Below, piece after piece: positions 27,764 to 41,905 of a DNA stretch of 64,000 nucleotides. The stretch is taken from the NCBI GenBank assembly GCA_965219585.1, contig CBDCOA010000003.1, forward strand, positions 593,375-657,374, given 5' to 3'. A program made the translations under genes and the position numbers. Below the pieces are notes generated by a model. That model worked only from the letters and a program-made list of their open reading frames with translations, did not search any database and was not told where the DNA came from. Position 1 is the first letter of the stretch, and every line of letters begins with the position of its first letter. Source of the stretch: Bryobacterales bacterium (GTDB taxonomy: Bacteria > Acidobacteriota > Terriglobia > Bryobacterales > UBA6623).

Positions 27764-28975
27764 ATGACCACTCGTGGCAAAACCTACGCATCGCTGCTCG
27801 CGGTCGTGGCGCTAACGGCGGGCGGATTTGCAGCCAAGGGCTGGCTGGCCGACGACGGCTCCGACAATTCCGGCCAAGACGATTCCAAAGCGCTGGCCTC
27901 GGCTGATGCCGTGCCCGTCTCTGCGGAAACTGCGATGCGAGGACCGATCTCGCACTTGCTCGGATCGACCGCCAACCTGCGCGCCCGGCGGGAGGTGGCC
28001 GTGGCAGCGCAAGCGGCCGGAATCGTCACCTCGGTAAAGGCCGAAGAGGGTGACTTCGTAAAGGCCGGGCAAGTGCTCTGCGCGATCGATGACCGGGACT
28101 TGCAGATCGACCTAGAACTCGCTAGACAGAGGCTGGCCCAGACCAAGATCCAACTCGAGTCGGCCGTAATCCGCACGGACCAGACCCGGACCCGGCTGAG
28201 CAACAAGCGCACCGAGCTCGAGCGCAACGAGGAGGCGCTGCGGGAGGGCCTGCTCGCCGAATCGGAGGTCGCGGTCCAGCGCCACGAGATCGACGACCTA
28301 GAGCACGAAATCCAGGCCGTGGAGTCCACCGTGCGCGAGAACCGCCTCAGACAGGACGAGCTCGAGTCCGAGATTCGCAAGGTCGAGCTACAGATCTCGC
28401 AAACAGCGATCACAGCGCCATTCGCCGGGCGGATCACGGAGCGCACCGTCGAGCTCGGCCAATCGATCCGCAGCGCGGAGAAACTGTTCAAGCTGGGAGC
28501 CTTTACGCCGCTGTACGCCGATGTGTACCTGCCAGAGAACGATTCGCGCTCGGTGCGCGCCGGCCAGAAGGCCACCTTGCGCTTGGGCAGTGCCGGCGGC
28601 GAGTCGGCCGAAGGCGCCGTAGAGCGGGTCAGCCCGGTCGTGGATGAGGAGACCGGCACGGTGAAAGTAACGGTGCGGTTCAGGCCTCCCAATTCGGGCT
28701 TCCGGCCCGGAGCGTTCGTGCGCGTCGAGATCGAAACGCATACCTTGGAAGACGCCATCCTGATCCCGAAGCAGTCCGTGATTGAAGAAGGCGGGCAGAC
28801 CTACGTGGTGCTGGTCGGGGACGACAGCACGGCCCAGCGCACTGCCGTAGAACTCGGTTACCAAGACGAGACCGCAATTCAGGTGACGGCCGGATTGGAT
28901 GCCGGCGCGATCGTCGTGACCGCCGGCCAGGGCAAGCTCAAGGATGGGGACAAGACCCGTGTGGTCGCGAACTAG
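27764..28975 (+). CDS. RND efflux periplasmic adaptor (HlyD/MFP family)
   Basis: Has an N-terminal membrane anchor, a lipoyl-like half-motif, a long coiled-coil hairpin and a beta-barrel region (ITAPFAGRITE). It lies directly upstream of two RND permeases. Confidence 0.8.
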   Translation: MTTRGKTYASLLAVVALTAGGFAAKGWLADDGSDNSGQDDSKALASADAVPVSAETAMRGPISHLLGSTANLRARREVAVAAQAAGIVTSVKAEEGDFVKAGQVLCAIDDRDLQIDLELARQRLAQTKIQLESAVIRTDQTRTRLSNKRTELERNEEALREGLLAESEVAVQRHEIDDLEHEIQAVESTVRENRLRQDELESEIRKVELQISQTAITAPFAGRITERTVELGQSIRSAEKLFKLGAFTPLYADVYLPENDSRSVRAGQKATLRLGSAGGESAEGAVERVSPVVDEETGTVKVTVRFRPPNSGFRPGAFVRVEIETHTLEDAILIPKQSVIEEGGQTYVVLVGDDSTAQRTAVELGYQDETAIQVTAGLDAGAIVVTAGQGKLKDGDKTRVVAN

Positions 28976-29026
28976 CGAGCTCTCGCGGGCGCCTAGCAGC
29001 TGCCGGTCCGGTGGCGGGACCAGCCA

Positions 29027-32000
29027 GTGCAGATCACGCGTATAGCGATCCGGCGCCCGGTCACGGTCTCGATGGCCGTCACGGCGGTGCTGCTGTTCGG
29101 CTATGTTTCTCTGGACCGGCTGGCGCTCAATCTCCTGCCGGAAATCTCCTATCCGTCGCTGACCATCCAGACAGACTACGAGGACGCCGCGCCCGAAGAG
29201 ATCGAGGCGCTGCTCACTCGCCCTGTCGAAGAGGCCGTGGGCGTGGTCGGGGGCCTCAACCGCATCAGCTCGATCTCCCGTCCGGGGCAGTCCGAGGTCG
29301 TACTGGAGTTCAACTGGGACACCGACATGGACATCGCGGGCGTGGACGTGCGCGAGAAGCTCGACCTGATCGAGTTCCCGCAGGACTCCGAGCGCCCGGT
29401 GATCCTGCGTTTCGATCCGGCGAACGACCCGATCCTGCGCATCCAGGTCCATGGCGGCCTGACTCTGGCCCGGCTGCGCGACGTTGCGGACCGGGAGTTC
29501 TCTAAGCGCCTCGAAGCGGTCGAAGGCGTCGCCGCCGTGAAAGTGGTCGGCGGCCGCGAAGAGCAGATCCGTGTCGAGATCGACGAGCGGCGAGTGGCCG
29601 AGCTGGGCCTGTCGATCACGCAAGTGACCGACATCCTGCGGCAAGAGAACCTCAATCAAGCCAGCGGCAGCCTGTACGACCTCGACATGAACTACATGGT
29701 CCGCATGGTCAACGAGTTCCGCGCGGTTGACGACGTGCGCGGGATCGTGATCGCAGACGACGGCGGACGCAAGATCCTGCTGCGTGATGTCGCTCGCGTG
29801 TGGCGCGGTTCCAAGGAGCGCGAAATCATCGCACGCTACAACGGCAGCGAGAGCGTCGAGATGGCCGTGTACAAGGAGGGCGACGCCAACACGGTGACGG
29901 TCTCCCGCGCGGTCATGGACCTGCTCGAGCGGATGGGCAAGGAACCGACGTTCCCGCAGGGCGTGCAGACTTCGGCGGTCTTCGACCAGGCGCGCTTCAT
30001 CACCCAGAGCGTCGACAACGTCCTCTCAGCCGCCTTGGTCGGCGGCCTGCTGGCGACCCTTGTCCTGTTCGTCTTCCTCCGCGACGGCCGCAGCACGGCC
30101 ATCATCGCCGCTTCGATCCCCATCGCGGTGATGGCAACGTTCGCGGCGATGTACCAGTCCGGCATCACGCTCAACATCATGTCGCTCGGGGGCGTCGCCC
30201 TAGGCGTCGGCATGCTGGTGGACAACTCGATCGTGGTGCTGGAGGCAGTGCATCGTCACCGCGAGCCAGGCAAGCCGCTGGCGGAGGTCGTCTACAACGG
30301 CACCAAGGAAGTCGCGATGCCGGTCACGGCCTCGACGCTAACGACAGTGGCGGTCTTTCTCCCGCTCGTCTTCGTGGAGGGCATCGCCGGCCAGTTGTTC
30401 CGCGACCAAGCGCTCACCATCACGTTCTCGCTACTGGCGTCCCTAGGGATCGCACTGACCGTGAGCCCGATGCTGCTGGCGGCTCGCTTTCGCGCGGCGA
30501 GCGAGCTAGGCGTGCCGCCCGCGCCGGTCAGACGCTCCGCGCGGCCATCCAACCGCTTCGCCGCTTGGGGGACGGACGCGCTGACCTTCGTCTCTGTTGA
30601 CGCCCCGCGAGTGATTGTCGGGGATCTCCGGGCGGCGCTGCGCTCCGCCTCTACGTGGGCGTCGCGCTTGGCCGGGCCTCCGCTGTCAAGGTTCGACCGG
30701 GGAATCGCCGTACTGGAGGCGCGCTACGAAAAGCTCCTGGAGTCCTCGCTCAACGCCAAGCGGGCCGTCTTGGGCGGCGTTCTAGGCGCGGTGCTGCTGG
30801 CCGGGATCACCCTCCAATTCTTGGGAGGAGAGCTGATTCCGCCGCTATCGCAAGGCGAGTTCTCATTCGAGGTTGAGCTGCCAGAGGGTCGCCCGCTGGA
30901 GGCCACCGACGCAGCCATGCTAGCGATCGAGAGCGGGGCCCAAGCCATTCCCGGTGTCGCAGCTGTCTTCTCGTCCGTGGGCGGCAGCCAAGAGAACCAG
31001 TTCGCGAGCGGCGACTTGCAGGAGCATGTCGGAACGCTGCACGTCGTGCTCACCGACCGCGAGGACGACGACCTCGAAGAAGAGGTGATTGGCCAGATCC
31101 GCTCGCTCATTGTGAACGTTCCCGAGGCCGAGCCGGCCTTCCAGCGCCCCACCCTATTCAGCTTCAAGACACCGGTAGAAGTGGAGATCTTCGCCTACGA
31201 GATCGAAGACCAGCGGGTCGCAGCCGGCCTGATCGCCGACCGCATGGCCAGCATCGAAGGGCTGCGTGACGTCGAGACCACCGCCCGCTTGGGAAGCCCG
31301 GAGATCCAGATCCGTTTCGACCGGCGGCGCTTGAAGCGCCTAGGCCTGCGGGAGGAGCAGGTCTCTAACGTGCTGCGAAACAAGATCCGCGGAAACGTGG
31401 CTTCGCGCTACCGCGAGGGCGACCGTCAGATCGACATCTTGGTGCGGGTCGACGAGCCCGATCGCGACGCAATCTCCGACATCGAGAGCATGGTCATCAA
31501 CAGCGCTCCCCGACGGTCGCCAAATCCGTCTGGCCGCGTCTCTGAGAACGACGCCGCTTCGACACAGGAATCCACCCCACGAGAAGACGAACCCCGCAGC
31601 GATGGCGAGCCTTCCGCCGACCGACGGGCGAGGACGCCATTCGTGCCGATCCGGCTGGGCCAAGTGGCCGAGGTCGAGGTCCGGCGCGGTCCAGCGGAGA
31701 TCCGCCGCATCCGCTCGCAACGGGCCGCGGTCGTGACGGCCAATCTGAGCGGCCGCGACCTTAGCGGCGCATCTGCCGAGATCCGGGCCATGCTCGCCGA
31801 ACTGCGCCCGATCCTGCCCGTGGGGGCGACGGCCGGCATCGGCGGGCAAAACCAAGAGCTCGAGGTCTCGTTCCGAAGCCTCGCGTTCGCCCTGGCGCTG
31901 GCTGTGTTCCTCGTCTATCTCGTGATGGCATCGCAGTTCGAATCGCTGCTGCACCCGTTCATCATCCTGCTAACCGTCCCGCTGGGCCTGGTCGGCGTTG

Positions 32001-32443
32001 TGTTCACCCTCGCGCTGACGGGGGTGGCGCTGAGCGTAATCGTCCTGTTGGGCGCGGTCGTGCTGGCCGGCATCGCCGTGAACAACGGTATCGTGCTGCT
32101 CGACTACACGAACCGCCTGCGTGCCCACGGCATGTCGAAGCGCGACGCGCTGCTGTGCGCAGGGAGCATTCGCCTGCGCCCGATACTGATGACCTCGCTG
32201 ACCACGCTGCTGGGGCTGCTTCCGCTGGTCTTCGGTTGGGGCGAGGGGGACGAGGTGCGCATGCCCATGGCAGTCGCGGTGATCGGCGGCCTGCTCACAT
32301 CGACGCCGTTCACTCTGTTCGTGATCCCGGTCGTCTACGAGCTGGTCGATCGCAAGCGGTTCGCACCCGCGCGGGACGATGGCAGGGACGAGCCCGCGGA
32401 CGGCCACATCAGGCCCGCTCCCAGCCCCCTGCCCCAGTCCTGA
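29027..32443 (+). CDS. RND efflux permease (AcrB/MdtB-like), subunit 1
   Basis: 1138 aa. It starts MQITRIAIRRPVT and has the 12-TM RND layout with two large periplasmic loops and conserved VDNSIVVLE / VNNGIVLLDY segments. Confidence 0.85.
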   Translation: MQITRIAIRRPVTVSMAVTAVLLFGYVSLDRLALNLLPEISYPSLTIQTDYEDAAPEEIEALLTRPVEEAVGVVGGLNRISSISRPGQSEVVLEFNWDTDMDIAGVDVREKLDLIEFPQDSERPVILRFDPANDPILRIQVHGGLTLARLRDVADREFSKRLEAVEGVAAVKVVGGREEQIRVEIDERRVAELGLSITQVTDILRQENLNQASGSLYDLDMNYMVRMVNEFRAVDDVRGIVIADDGGRKILLRDVARVWRGSKEREIIARYNGSESVEMAVYKEGDANTVTVSRAVMDLLERMGKEPTFPQGVQTSAVFDQARFITQSVDNVLSAALVGGLLATLVLFVFLRDGRSTAIIAASIPIAVMATFAAMYQSGITLNIMSLGGVALGVGMLVDNSIVVLEAVHRHREPGKPLAEVVYNGTKEVAMPVTASTLTTVAVFLPLVFVEGIAGQLFRDQALTITFSLLASLGIALTVSPMLLAARFRAASELGVPPAPVRRSARPSNRFAAWGTDALTFVSVDAPRVIVGDLRAALRSASTWASRLAGPPLSRFDRGIAVLEARYEKLLESSLNAKRAVLGGVLGAVLLAGITLQFLGGELIPPLSQGEFSFEVELPEGRPLEATDAAMLAIESGAQAIPGVAAVFSSVGGSQENQFASGDLQEHVGTLHVVLTDREDDDLEEEVIGQIRSLIVNVPEAEPAFQRPTLFSFKTPVEVEIFAYEIEDQRVAAGLIADRMASIEGLRDVETTARLGSPEIQIRFDRRRLKRLGLREEQVSNVLRNKIRGNVASRYREGDRQIDILVRVDEPDRDAISDIESMVINSAPRRSPNPSGRVSENDAASTQESTPREDEPRSDGEPSADRRARTPFVPIRLGQVAEVEVRRGPAEIRRIRSQRAAVVTANLSGRDLSGASAEIRAMLAELRPILPVGATAGIGGQNQELEVSFRSLAFALALAVFLVYLVMASQFESLLHPFIILLTVPLGLVGVVFTLALTGVALSVIVLLGAVVLAGIAVNNGIVLLDYTNRLRAHGMSKRDALLCAGSIRLRPILMTSLTTLLGLLPLVFGWGEGDEVRMPMAVAVIGGLLTSTPFTLFVIPVVYELVDRKRFAPARDDGRDEPADGHIRPAPSPLPQS

Positions 32444-32444
32444 C

Positions 32445-35633
<3,189 letters not shown>

Positions 35634-35671
35634 CCCTCTCGCCACGGGGACGCCGATCCCCTGAGCTCGAT

Positions 35672-37240
35672 TCAGAAGTAGAGCTGAATCATGCGCCCGT
35701 CGAGCTCGTCGATGGCCGAGCGCCGGCTGGTCCACAGCGGCTCGGCGAGCTGCGCATTCCACTCGGCGAGTTCGGCTTCCAGGCGCGCGACGATGTCAGG
35801 ATGGGCATCGGCTAGATTCTCCCGCTCGCCGACATCGGCCGAGAGATCGTACAGCACCGTCAGCTGGCCGTGGGGCGAGACCGGCGGATAGTCGACCTCC
35901 GGCAGCAGCCTTCCGCCGGAGTAGTCCTCTGCATTGAGGTCCGTCAGATCCACCTTCCAGAGCTTCCACTTGCCCCAACGCACCGACATGTTTGGGGCAG
36001 ACCTCCAGAACAGAAACTCGTGCGGAGCGCCGTCGACCTCACCGCGCAAGTACGGCAACAGGTTCACGCTGTCGGGGCTCTCGGGCTGGTCGGAGCCGAT
36101 TCCCGCTGCGGCCGCGAAGGTGGCGTACAGGTCCAGCGAGATCGCCGGCTGCTCGTAGACTGCACCCCGCGGCAGCCCGGCGGGCCACTTGACGATGAAC
36201 GGCACGCGCACGCCGCCCTCCAAGTGGTAGCGCTTCGCTCCGCTAAGCGGCGCGTTCGTACAGATAACGTCCCGCGCGTAGTTGATGCAGCCGTTGTCGG
36301 AGAGAAACACCATCAGCGTGTCTTGCTCAAGGTCATGGTTTTTCAGGGTCGCGACGATATCGCCAACCATGTCGTCCACCGAGGCCACCATTCCGGCGAA
36401 AATCCGCGCCCCCTCGCCCTCGATGTGCGGGAATCGGCTGACATATTCCTCGGTAGCCTGAATCGGCGTATGCGGAGCGTTCGGCGTCACCATCAGAAAG
36501 AACCGCTCGTCCGCGTGACGCTCGATGAAGTCGACCGCCCGCTCGGCGAAGACGTCGGTCAGGTACTCCTCCACCTTGACGACCTCGAATCCGTCCAAGA
36601 TCTCGCGGGCGTTGTGCGGGCTCGTGCGGTCACCGGAAACCGCCCCGGGCCAAGAATGCACGCCTTCCTTGGCCGAGTCGATGTAGCTGGTGCCGCCGCC
36701 TAGAATTCCGAAGAACTCGTCGAAGCCCCGATTCAGCGGGTGATATTGATCCAGCGCGCCCAAGTGCCACTTGCCGACCAAGCCGGTGGAATATCCCGCG
36801 CCACGCATGAGATCGCCGAGCGTCCGCTGGTCCAGCGGCAGACCAAGCTCGGCGTCGGGACCGCGAGCGTAGTTGGCAGTCGGGTTGTATTCATAACCGA
36901 ACCGGCTCTGCACGCGACCTGAAAACAGGCCTGCCCTCGTCGGGCTGCACACCGCTGCAGAAACATAGCCGTCCGTAAGGCGCACGCCCATCTCGGCCAT
37001 CGCGTCGATGTGCGGCGTGTGGATGATCTCGGAGCCGTTGGCGCTGATGTCGCCATAGCCGAGGTCGTCCGCCACTACCACGATCACGTTGGGGGGTGGC
37101 GGGCCTTCGACCGCCGGCTGGCAGCCGGGCGCAGTCGCGAGCAGCACGCCGATGGCGCACAGCGCACCGAGCCCCGCCTTGCCGAAACAGCTTCGCGGCA
37201 CACAACAATCCGAACCCGATAAATCCCACTTCACTCTCAT
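35672..37240 (-). CDS. Sulfatase
   Basis: NVIVVVADDLGYGD and the CSPTRAGLFSGR signature. Confidence 0.85.
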   Translation of the reverse strand: MRVKWDLSGSDCCVPRSCFGKAGLGALCAIGVLLATAPGCQPAVEGPPPPNVIVVVADDLGYGDISANGSEIIHTPHIDAMAEMGVRLTDGYVSAAVCSPTRAGLFSGRVQSRFGYEYNPTANYARGPDAELGLPLDQRTLGDLMRGAGYSTGLVGKWHLGALDQYHPLNRGFDEFFGILGGGTSYIDSAKEGVHSWPGAVSGDRTSPHNAREILDGFEVVKVEEYLTDVFAERAVDFIERHADERFFLMVTPNAPHTPIQATEEYVSRFPHIEGEGARIFAGMVASVDDMVGDIVATLKNHDLEQDTLMVFLSDNGCINYARDVICTNAPLSGAKRYHLEGGVRVPFIVKWPAGLPRGAVYEQPAISLDLYATFAAAAGIGSDQPESPDSVNLLPYLRGEVDGAPHEFLFWRSAPNMSVRWGKWKLWKVDLTDLNAEDYSGGRLLPEVDYPPVSPHGQLTVLYDLSADVGERENLADAHPDIVARLEAELAEWNAQLAEPLWTSRRSAIDELDGRMIQLYF

Positions 37241-37330
37241 CTCAATCCCTCCGCACTCTCACCGGCTGGCGACGGAAAGGGCCGGCCATGCCGACCCGTC
37301 GTGGCCGGACCGTCCGATATCATAGCTGCG

Positions 37331-38890
37331 ATGCAACGCCCCCTCGCCTCACCGACACCTACTCGCCCCCATCGCACGGCACCAGACGGGAATCCGTGGC
37401 AGTCCACACCGCGTGCGGCCTGGGTTGCCTCGATCGCCCTGTGCTGCTGCTTGCTGCTGCCCCAGCCGGGGCAGGCTCAGGCCGAGTACTTCCCGCCAGA
37501 TCCCGGCATCAAGATGGACGATTTTCCGAATATCGTGCTCATTACGGGCGACCATCTCCGCTGGGACCATGTGGCGGCCAACGGGAACGACGCCATCCTG
37601 ACCCCTCATATGGACCGCTTGGCACGAGAGGGCGTGACGTTTCGGTCGCACTTCACGGTCGGCGTCGCTTGCGCCCCCAACCGTGCCTCGCTGATGACCG
37701 GGAGGTATCCGCACGCCCACGGCGTGATCAACAACGGCATCAAGATGCCTCAGGACGAGGTGACGCTCACGCACGTGTTGCGGGAAGCCGGATACTACAC
37801 CGGCCAGATGGGCAAGCTGCACTTCCTGCCGCACAAGGACCGCGACCACCGGGAGCCGCACCCGCCCTACGGCTTCCATCAGATGCGGATATCAGACGAG
37901 CCGGGCTGCTACGACGATGATTACGGTCGGTGGCTCTGGGCCCAAGGCGAGGATGTCCGCGAGAAGGCACGCATTACCATGCCGGGAGACCGACTCCAAT
38001 TCGAGCACTACGTCTTCGAAGGCGAAGACAGAACCACGCACTCCTCGTGGGTAGCCACAGAGACCCTCACGTTCATCGAGGACACGCTCCAGCGTCACCC
38101 GGGGCGGCCGTTCTTCGTGCATGCAGGCTTCTACGCGCCGCACCCGCCGTTGAACGCCCCGGCCTCGGCGCTCGCTCTGTATGAAGGTCGCGAGCTTCCC
38201 CCGCGCCGCTATTCCGAGGACGAGGTCTCGTTCCTGCCGCCAAACCTGGCGCGTTCCATGACAGCGCTGCTGGAAACGCCAGAAGCCACTTGGGACTCAT
38301 ATCGCAAGTACTTCTACGCGATGGTGTCGCACCTCGACGAAAACATCGGCCGCATCATTGACGCCGTCGAGCAGGCCGGGATCGCCGACCGCACGCTGTT
38401 CGTCCTCACCAGCGACCACGGGGACTACCTCGGAGACCACAATCTCTACAACAAGAGCGCTCGGCCCTACGATGGCGCATTGCGGATCCCGCTCATCTTT
38501 CGCGGGCCGGGCGTGCCCACCAATGTGGCGTCAGACGAGCTCGTGGAGATCGTCGATGTGATGCCGACGCTGCTTGAAATGCTCGGCCTCGAGCTGCCCA
38601 AGGGCAACCAGGGCATGTCCCTGACGCCAGTTATGCGGGGCGGTTCTGGACGGGATCTGATCTACATGCAAGCGATGACCAATCGCATGGTCCGTACGCA
38701 GTCCGCCAAGTACTGGATCGACGCTGATGGCGAAGAGGTGCTGTTTGATTACTCGACCGACCCGCACGAGCTGCGCAATGTGGCCCAATCGCCGGAACAT
38801 GCGAGCCTGCGCGACGAGCTGCGCGTCCGGCTCATCCGCAGGGCCATCAGCACTCGCGACCCGCTGCCAGAGCGCATCAGGCCGTACTAA
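37331..38890 (+). CDS. Sulfatase
   Basis: NIVLITGDHLRWD and the CAPNRASLMTGRYPH signature. The ORF is open from 37301, and the ATG at 37331 (MQRPLAS..) is preferred only weakly. Confidence 0.8.
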   Translation: MQRPLASPTPTRPHRTAPDGNPWQSTPRAAWVASIALCCCLLLPQPGQAQAEYFPPDPGIKMDDFPNIVLITGDHLRWDHVAANGNDAILTPHMDRLAREGVTFRSHFTVGVACAPNRASLMTGRYPHAHGVINNGIKMPQDEVTLTHVLREAGYYTGQMGKLHFLPHKDRDHREPHPPYGFHQMRISDEPGCYDDDYGRWLWAQGEDVREKARITMPGDRLQFEHYVFEGEDRTTHSSWVATETLTFIEDTLQRHPGRPFFVHAGFYAPHPPLNAPASALALYEGRELPPRRYSEDEVSFLPPNLARSMTALLETPEATWDSYRKYFYAMVSHLDENIGRIIDAVEQAGIADRTLFVLTSDHGDYLGDHNLYNKSARPYDGALRIPLIFRGPGVPTNVASDELVEIVDVMPTLLEMLGLELPKGNQGMSLTPVMRGGSGRDLIYMQAMTNRMVRTQSAKYWIDADGEEVLFDYSTDPHELRNVAQSPEHASLRDELRVRLIRRAISTRDPLPERIRPY

Positions 38891-39507
38891 TCGCTCTTCC
38901 GCCGCCGTGGCAGAGGAATCTACCCGGCACTACAGCTGGTTCGAGCAGGTCGTTCTTCAACTACATCCGTGGTCCCGTGGCGCTTCGCTGTGGTCGGAAG
39001 CGTACGCGAAATCACTAGCTTCGACGGTCTAGGCGCCAAGAGCGCGGACCTGTCCTCGCGTGACCATCGACTGCGCGCCCAGCCAGCGTTTCCGCTGGAC
39101 CGCCATGTTGAGTTCGGGCCCGCGGTAGCTATCTTGCCGAGCGCCCGGTGATTCATGTGGTTCGGGAGTCGAGCCGGCCAATGCCTGCCCAACTCGTCCT
39201 CGCGCACGCTGGCGATGCAGCCCAGTGCCACGAGTCGCAATGTCGGGTTCGGAGGCGCGGTCCGTCGGCGAAGACTAGGGCATTGACGGCTACGGGCCCG
39301 CCGCTAGGTCCCGAGTTGTAACCTGCCCTGAAGTCGGCGAATCCCCTAGAATCGTGGGGTGAGAACACGCTTGACGAATGTCGCCAGAGACACCGAGACG
39401 CCCTCGCTGGGCATGATGAAGCGGGACAACATGGACGATCGGATTACGGCTGCACCTTGCCAGGAAGCAGCCCCTTGCGGGTGGCGTCTGGCGTCGACGG
39501 CACGGGC

Positions 39508-41076
39508 ATGACACAAGAATACTGGCGAATCGCGGCTAGGGCGTGGCTCGCGTTGGTCGCAGGTACCGTTTCGCTTATTGGCCAAACCATGGAACCACGC
39601 ATTGCCGTCGGCGGAATTCTGCACGAATCCAACACCTTCTCGTCCGACCTCACGGACCTCGATGATTTTCGCGGGAGGTCGCTTCGTCGCGGACCCGAGA
39701 TCCGAGACGAGTACGTTGATTCGCAGCACGAGATCGGCGGCTACATCGAGGGAGCCCAGGCGCTCGGCTTGGACTTGGTGTTCACCGTCGTCGGAAATGC
39801 AACTCCGGCTGGACCGGTCACCGATCGCGCGTTCGACACGTTGACATCCGAGCTCATCGAGCGCCTAAGGCGGGCCGGGCCCCTCGACGGGCTCCTTCTG
39901 GCGTTGCACGGAGCTATGGTCGTCGAGAGCCATCCCGATGGGGATGCGGAAGTGTTGCGCCGCTTGCGTCTGGCACTCGGGAATGATCTGCCGATAGTCG
40001 TCACCCACGATGCCCACGCTAACGTTGCGCCTTCGGAAATCGAGCTGTCGACAGCGTTGGTGCTGTACAAGGAAGTTCCTCACGTGGATCAGCGCGAGCG
40101 TGGCATGCACGCAGCGGAGATCATGGCGAAGATCGTCAACGAAGGCGTCCGGCCGGCGCAGGCGATTGAGAAGCCGCCACTGCTCTATAACATCCTGTTC
40201 CATAACACCAACCGCGAACCGATGCTTCCGCTCGTGCAGGAGGCCCGGCGCCTCGAGCAGGAGAATCCTCGCATCCTAGCGGTCAGCGTCCCGGTGGGCT
40301 ACCAGTACGCCGACGTTCCCCACATGGGCCCGAGTGTCGTCGTCGTCGCTGACGGTGATCCCGACTTGGCACAGGCAGAAGCAAAGAGACTGGCTGACAT
40401 GATGTGGGAGCACCGGAAGGTGATGAAGTTGAACCTGCCGGATGCTGCCGAAGCGGTCAAGCAAGCAATCGCCGAGCCCAACACGCCCGTAGTCCTTGTG
40501 GAAATGGGCGACAACATAGGGGGCGGGTCCGCCGGCGACAGCACCGCGGTTCTCGAGGAACTCGTCAATCAAGGCGCGCGCGGATACGTGTCCGCAATGT
40601 TCGATCCCGACGCGGTTCGGTACGCGACGGAGATCGGGATCGGCGGGGACTTCGACCGAATGGTCGGAGGCAAGAGCGACGACCTCCACGGGCCGCCGGT
40701 TCGGATAAGGGGCGAAGTCAAGCTCATTTACGACGGTCAGTACGTCGAGACCGCGATTCGCCACGGGGGGCGCCGATATCTTGATCAGGGCCTCACCGTC
40801 GTGATCCATGCGCAAGGCTCCACCGCGGATCTCCCGAATGTGGTGCTGCTCAACAGCAAGAGGCACACTCCCTTTAGCTTGGGCCAGCTCACCAGCGCCG
40901 GAATCGTACCGGAGCGCCAGAAGATCCTGGTGGTGAAGGCCGCAGTTGCGTTTCGAGCTGCATACGAGCCAATTGCCGGCACGATCATCGAGGTCGACAC
41001 ACCCGGGCTCACAGCCGTGAATCCGAATCGCTTCACCTACGAGCGAGTTCGACCGGATCTGTTCGGACTCCGGTAG
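39508..41076 (+). CDS. M81-family metallopeptidase (MlrC-like)
   Basis: The N-terminal RIAVGGILHESNTFS motif and overall length match MlrC/DUF1485 proteins. The start is uncertain (39457, 39508 or about 39589). Confidence 0.65.
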   Translation: MTQEYWRIAARAWLALVAGTVSLIGQTMEPRIAVGGILHESNTFSSDLTDLDDFRGRSLRRGPEIRDEYVDSQHEIGGYIEGAQALGLDLVFTVVGNATPAGPVTDRAFDTLTSELIERLRRAGPLDGLLLALHGAMVVESHPDGDAEVLRRLRLALGNDLPIVVTHDAHANVAPSEIELSTALVLYKEVPHVDQRERGMHAAEIMAKIVNEGVRPAQAIEKPPLLYNILFHNTNREPMLPLVQEARRLEQENPRILAVSVPVGYQYADVPHMGPSVVVVADGDPDLAQAEAKRLADMMWEHRKVMKLNLPDAAEAVKQAIAEPNTPVVLVEMGDNIGGGSAGDSTAVLEELVNQGARGYVSAMFDPDAVRYATEIGIGGDFDRMVGGKSDDLHGPPVRIRGEVKLIYDGQYVETAIRHGGRRYLDQGLTVVIHAQGSTADLPNVVLLNSKRHTPFSLGQLTSAGIVPERQKILVVKAAVAFRAAYEPIAGTIIEVDTPGLTAVNPNRFTYERVRPDLFGLR

Positions 41077-41316
41077 CAATTCCGATTTCGGGTTCTCACA
41101 GGGCTCGGCCCCCGCGGGCGAGCGCGCCGCGGGCCGTGGGCACTGCCGGAGAGCTGCCACCTGCATCGCACCGAAGATCTCGGAGGGGGTGCCGGAGTGT
41201 GGCGTAGGGCATTCCAAGAATCGGAACTAGAAGCTAGGGCTGGACGGCGCTCGCGGAACGAGCGCATCCAAGCCTACGCGCGGCGTCTGAAGCTAGGCAA
41301 TGCTGGGCGGTGCTAC

Positions 41317-41679
41317 CTATTCGAACAATGTGACGAATCGCGCAATCACTTCGTTCACGATGTTCTGGGGGACGGTGTCGATGTGCCTCCCATTCCGGGC
41401 TTCGAGATGCAAGGCACGAGGCTGGTCGCAGCGGATTACACCCTTCGTTTCAATACCCGCATTATCGAGCGATACTGCGAATCCGTGCCGATCCGCAAAG
41501 CTCCCGCCCGTAGTGATCGGCAGAACGATCGGCGTGCCGGTCAGCTCGTTGAACGCTGCCCGGGACACGACCAAGACCGGACGAGCGCCCTGCTGTTCGT
41601 GGCCGGACGCGGGGTTAGGCTGACGAGCCAGCTGTTGCCTCGTTTCACTACAGACGCTCTCTGCCGACTGGCTTAGCAT
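41317..41679 (-). CDS. mazF: Type II toxin, MazF/PemK family endoribonuclease
   Basis: ..PNPASGHEQQGARPVLVVS..FNELTGTPIVLPITT...GVIRCDQPRALH matches the MazF/PemK pattern. The ATG at 41677-41679 overlaps the antitoxin 3' end by 32 nt. Confidence 0.75.
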   Translation of the reverse strand: MLSQSAESVCSETRQQLARQPNPASGHEQQGARPVLVVSRAAFNELTGTPIVLPITTGGSFADRHGFAVSLDNAGIETKGVIRCDQPRALHLEARNGRHIDTVPQNIVNEVIARFVTLFE

Positions 41680-41905
41680 CAAGCCAAGCGCGATCTTCGG
41701 CGGAGGGAGTGTCAGTCTCCTGACACTGTGCCAGAAGCTCATCTAGCGTGTATGTGGGGCGCTTTCTGGGCTCCACAACCATGCGACCGTTCTCCACTCC
41801 GATGTCCACCTTGGCCCCGACCGCGAGGCTCAGCAGGTCGAGAATGGCCGGGGGAACAGCGAGCATGACGGAACCGCCGACCTCGCGCAGAGTTGTCGTA
41901 TGCAT
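41648..41905 (-). CDS. mazE: Type II antitoxin, MazE/AbrB (SpoVT) family
   Basis: MHTTTLREVGGSVMLAVPPAILDLL.L..G..V is a swapped-hairpin AbrB-type N-terminus, followed by an acidic C-terminal tail. It lies directly upstream of mazF. Confidence 0.7.
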   Translation of the reverse strand: MHTTTLREVGGSVMLAVPPAILDLLSLAVGAKVDIGVENGRMVVEPRKRPTYTLDELLAQCQETDTPSAEDRAWLDAKPVGRERL

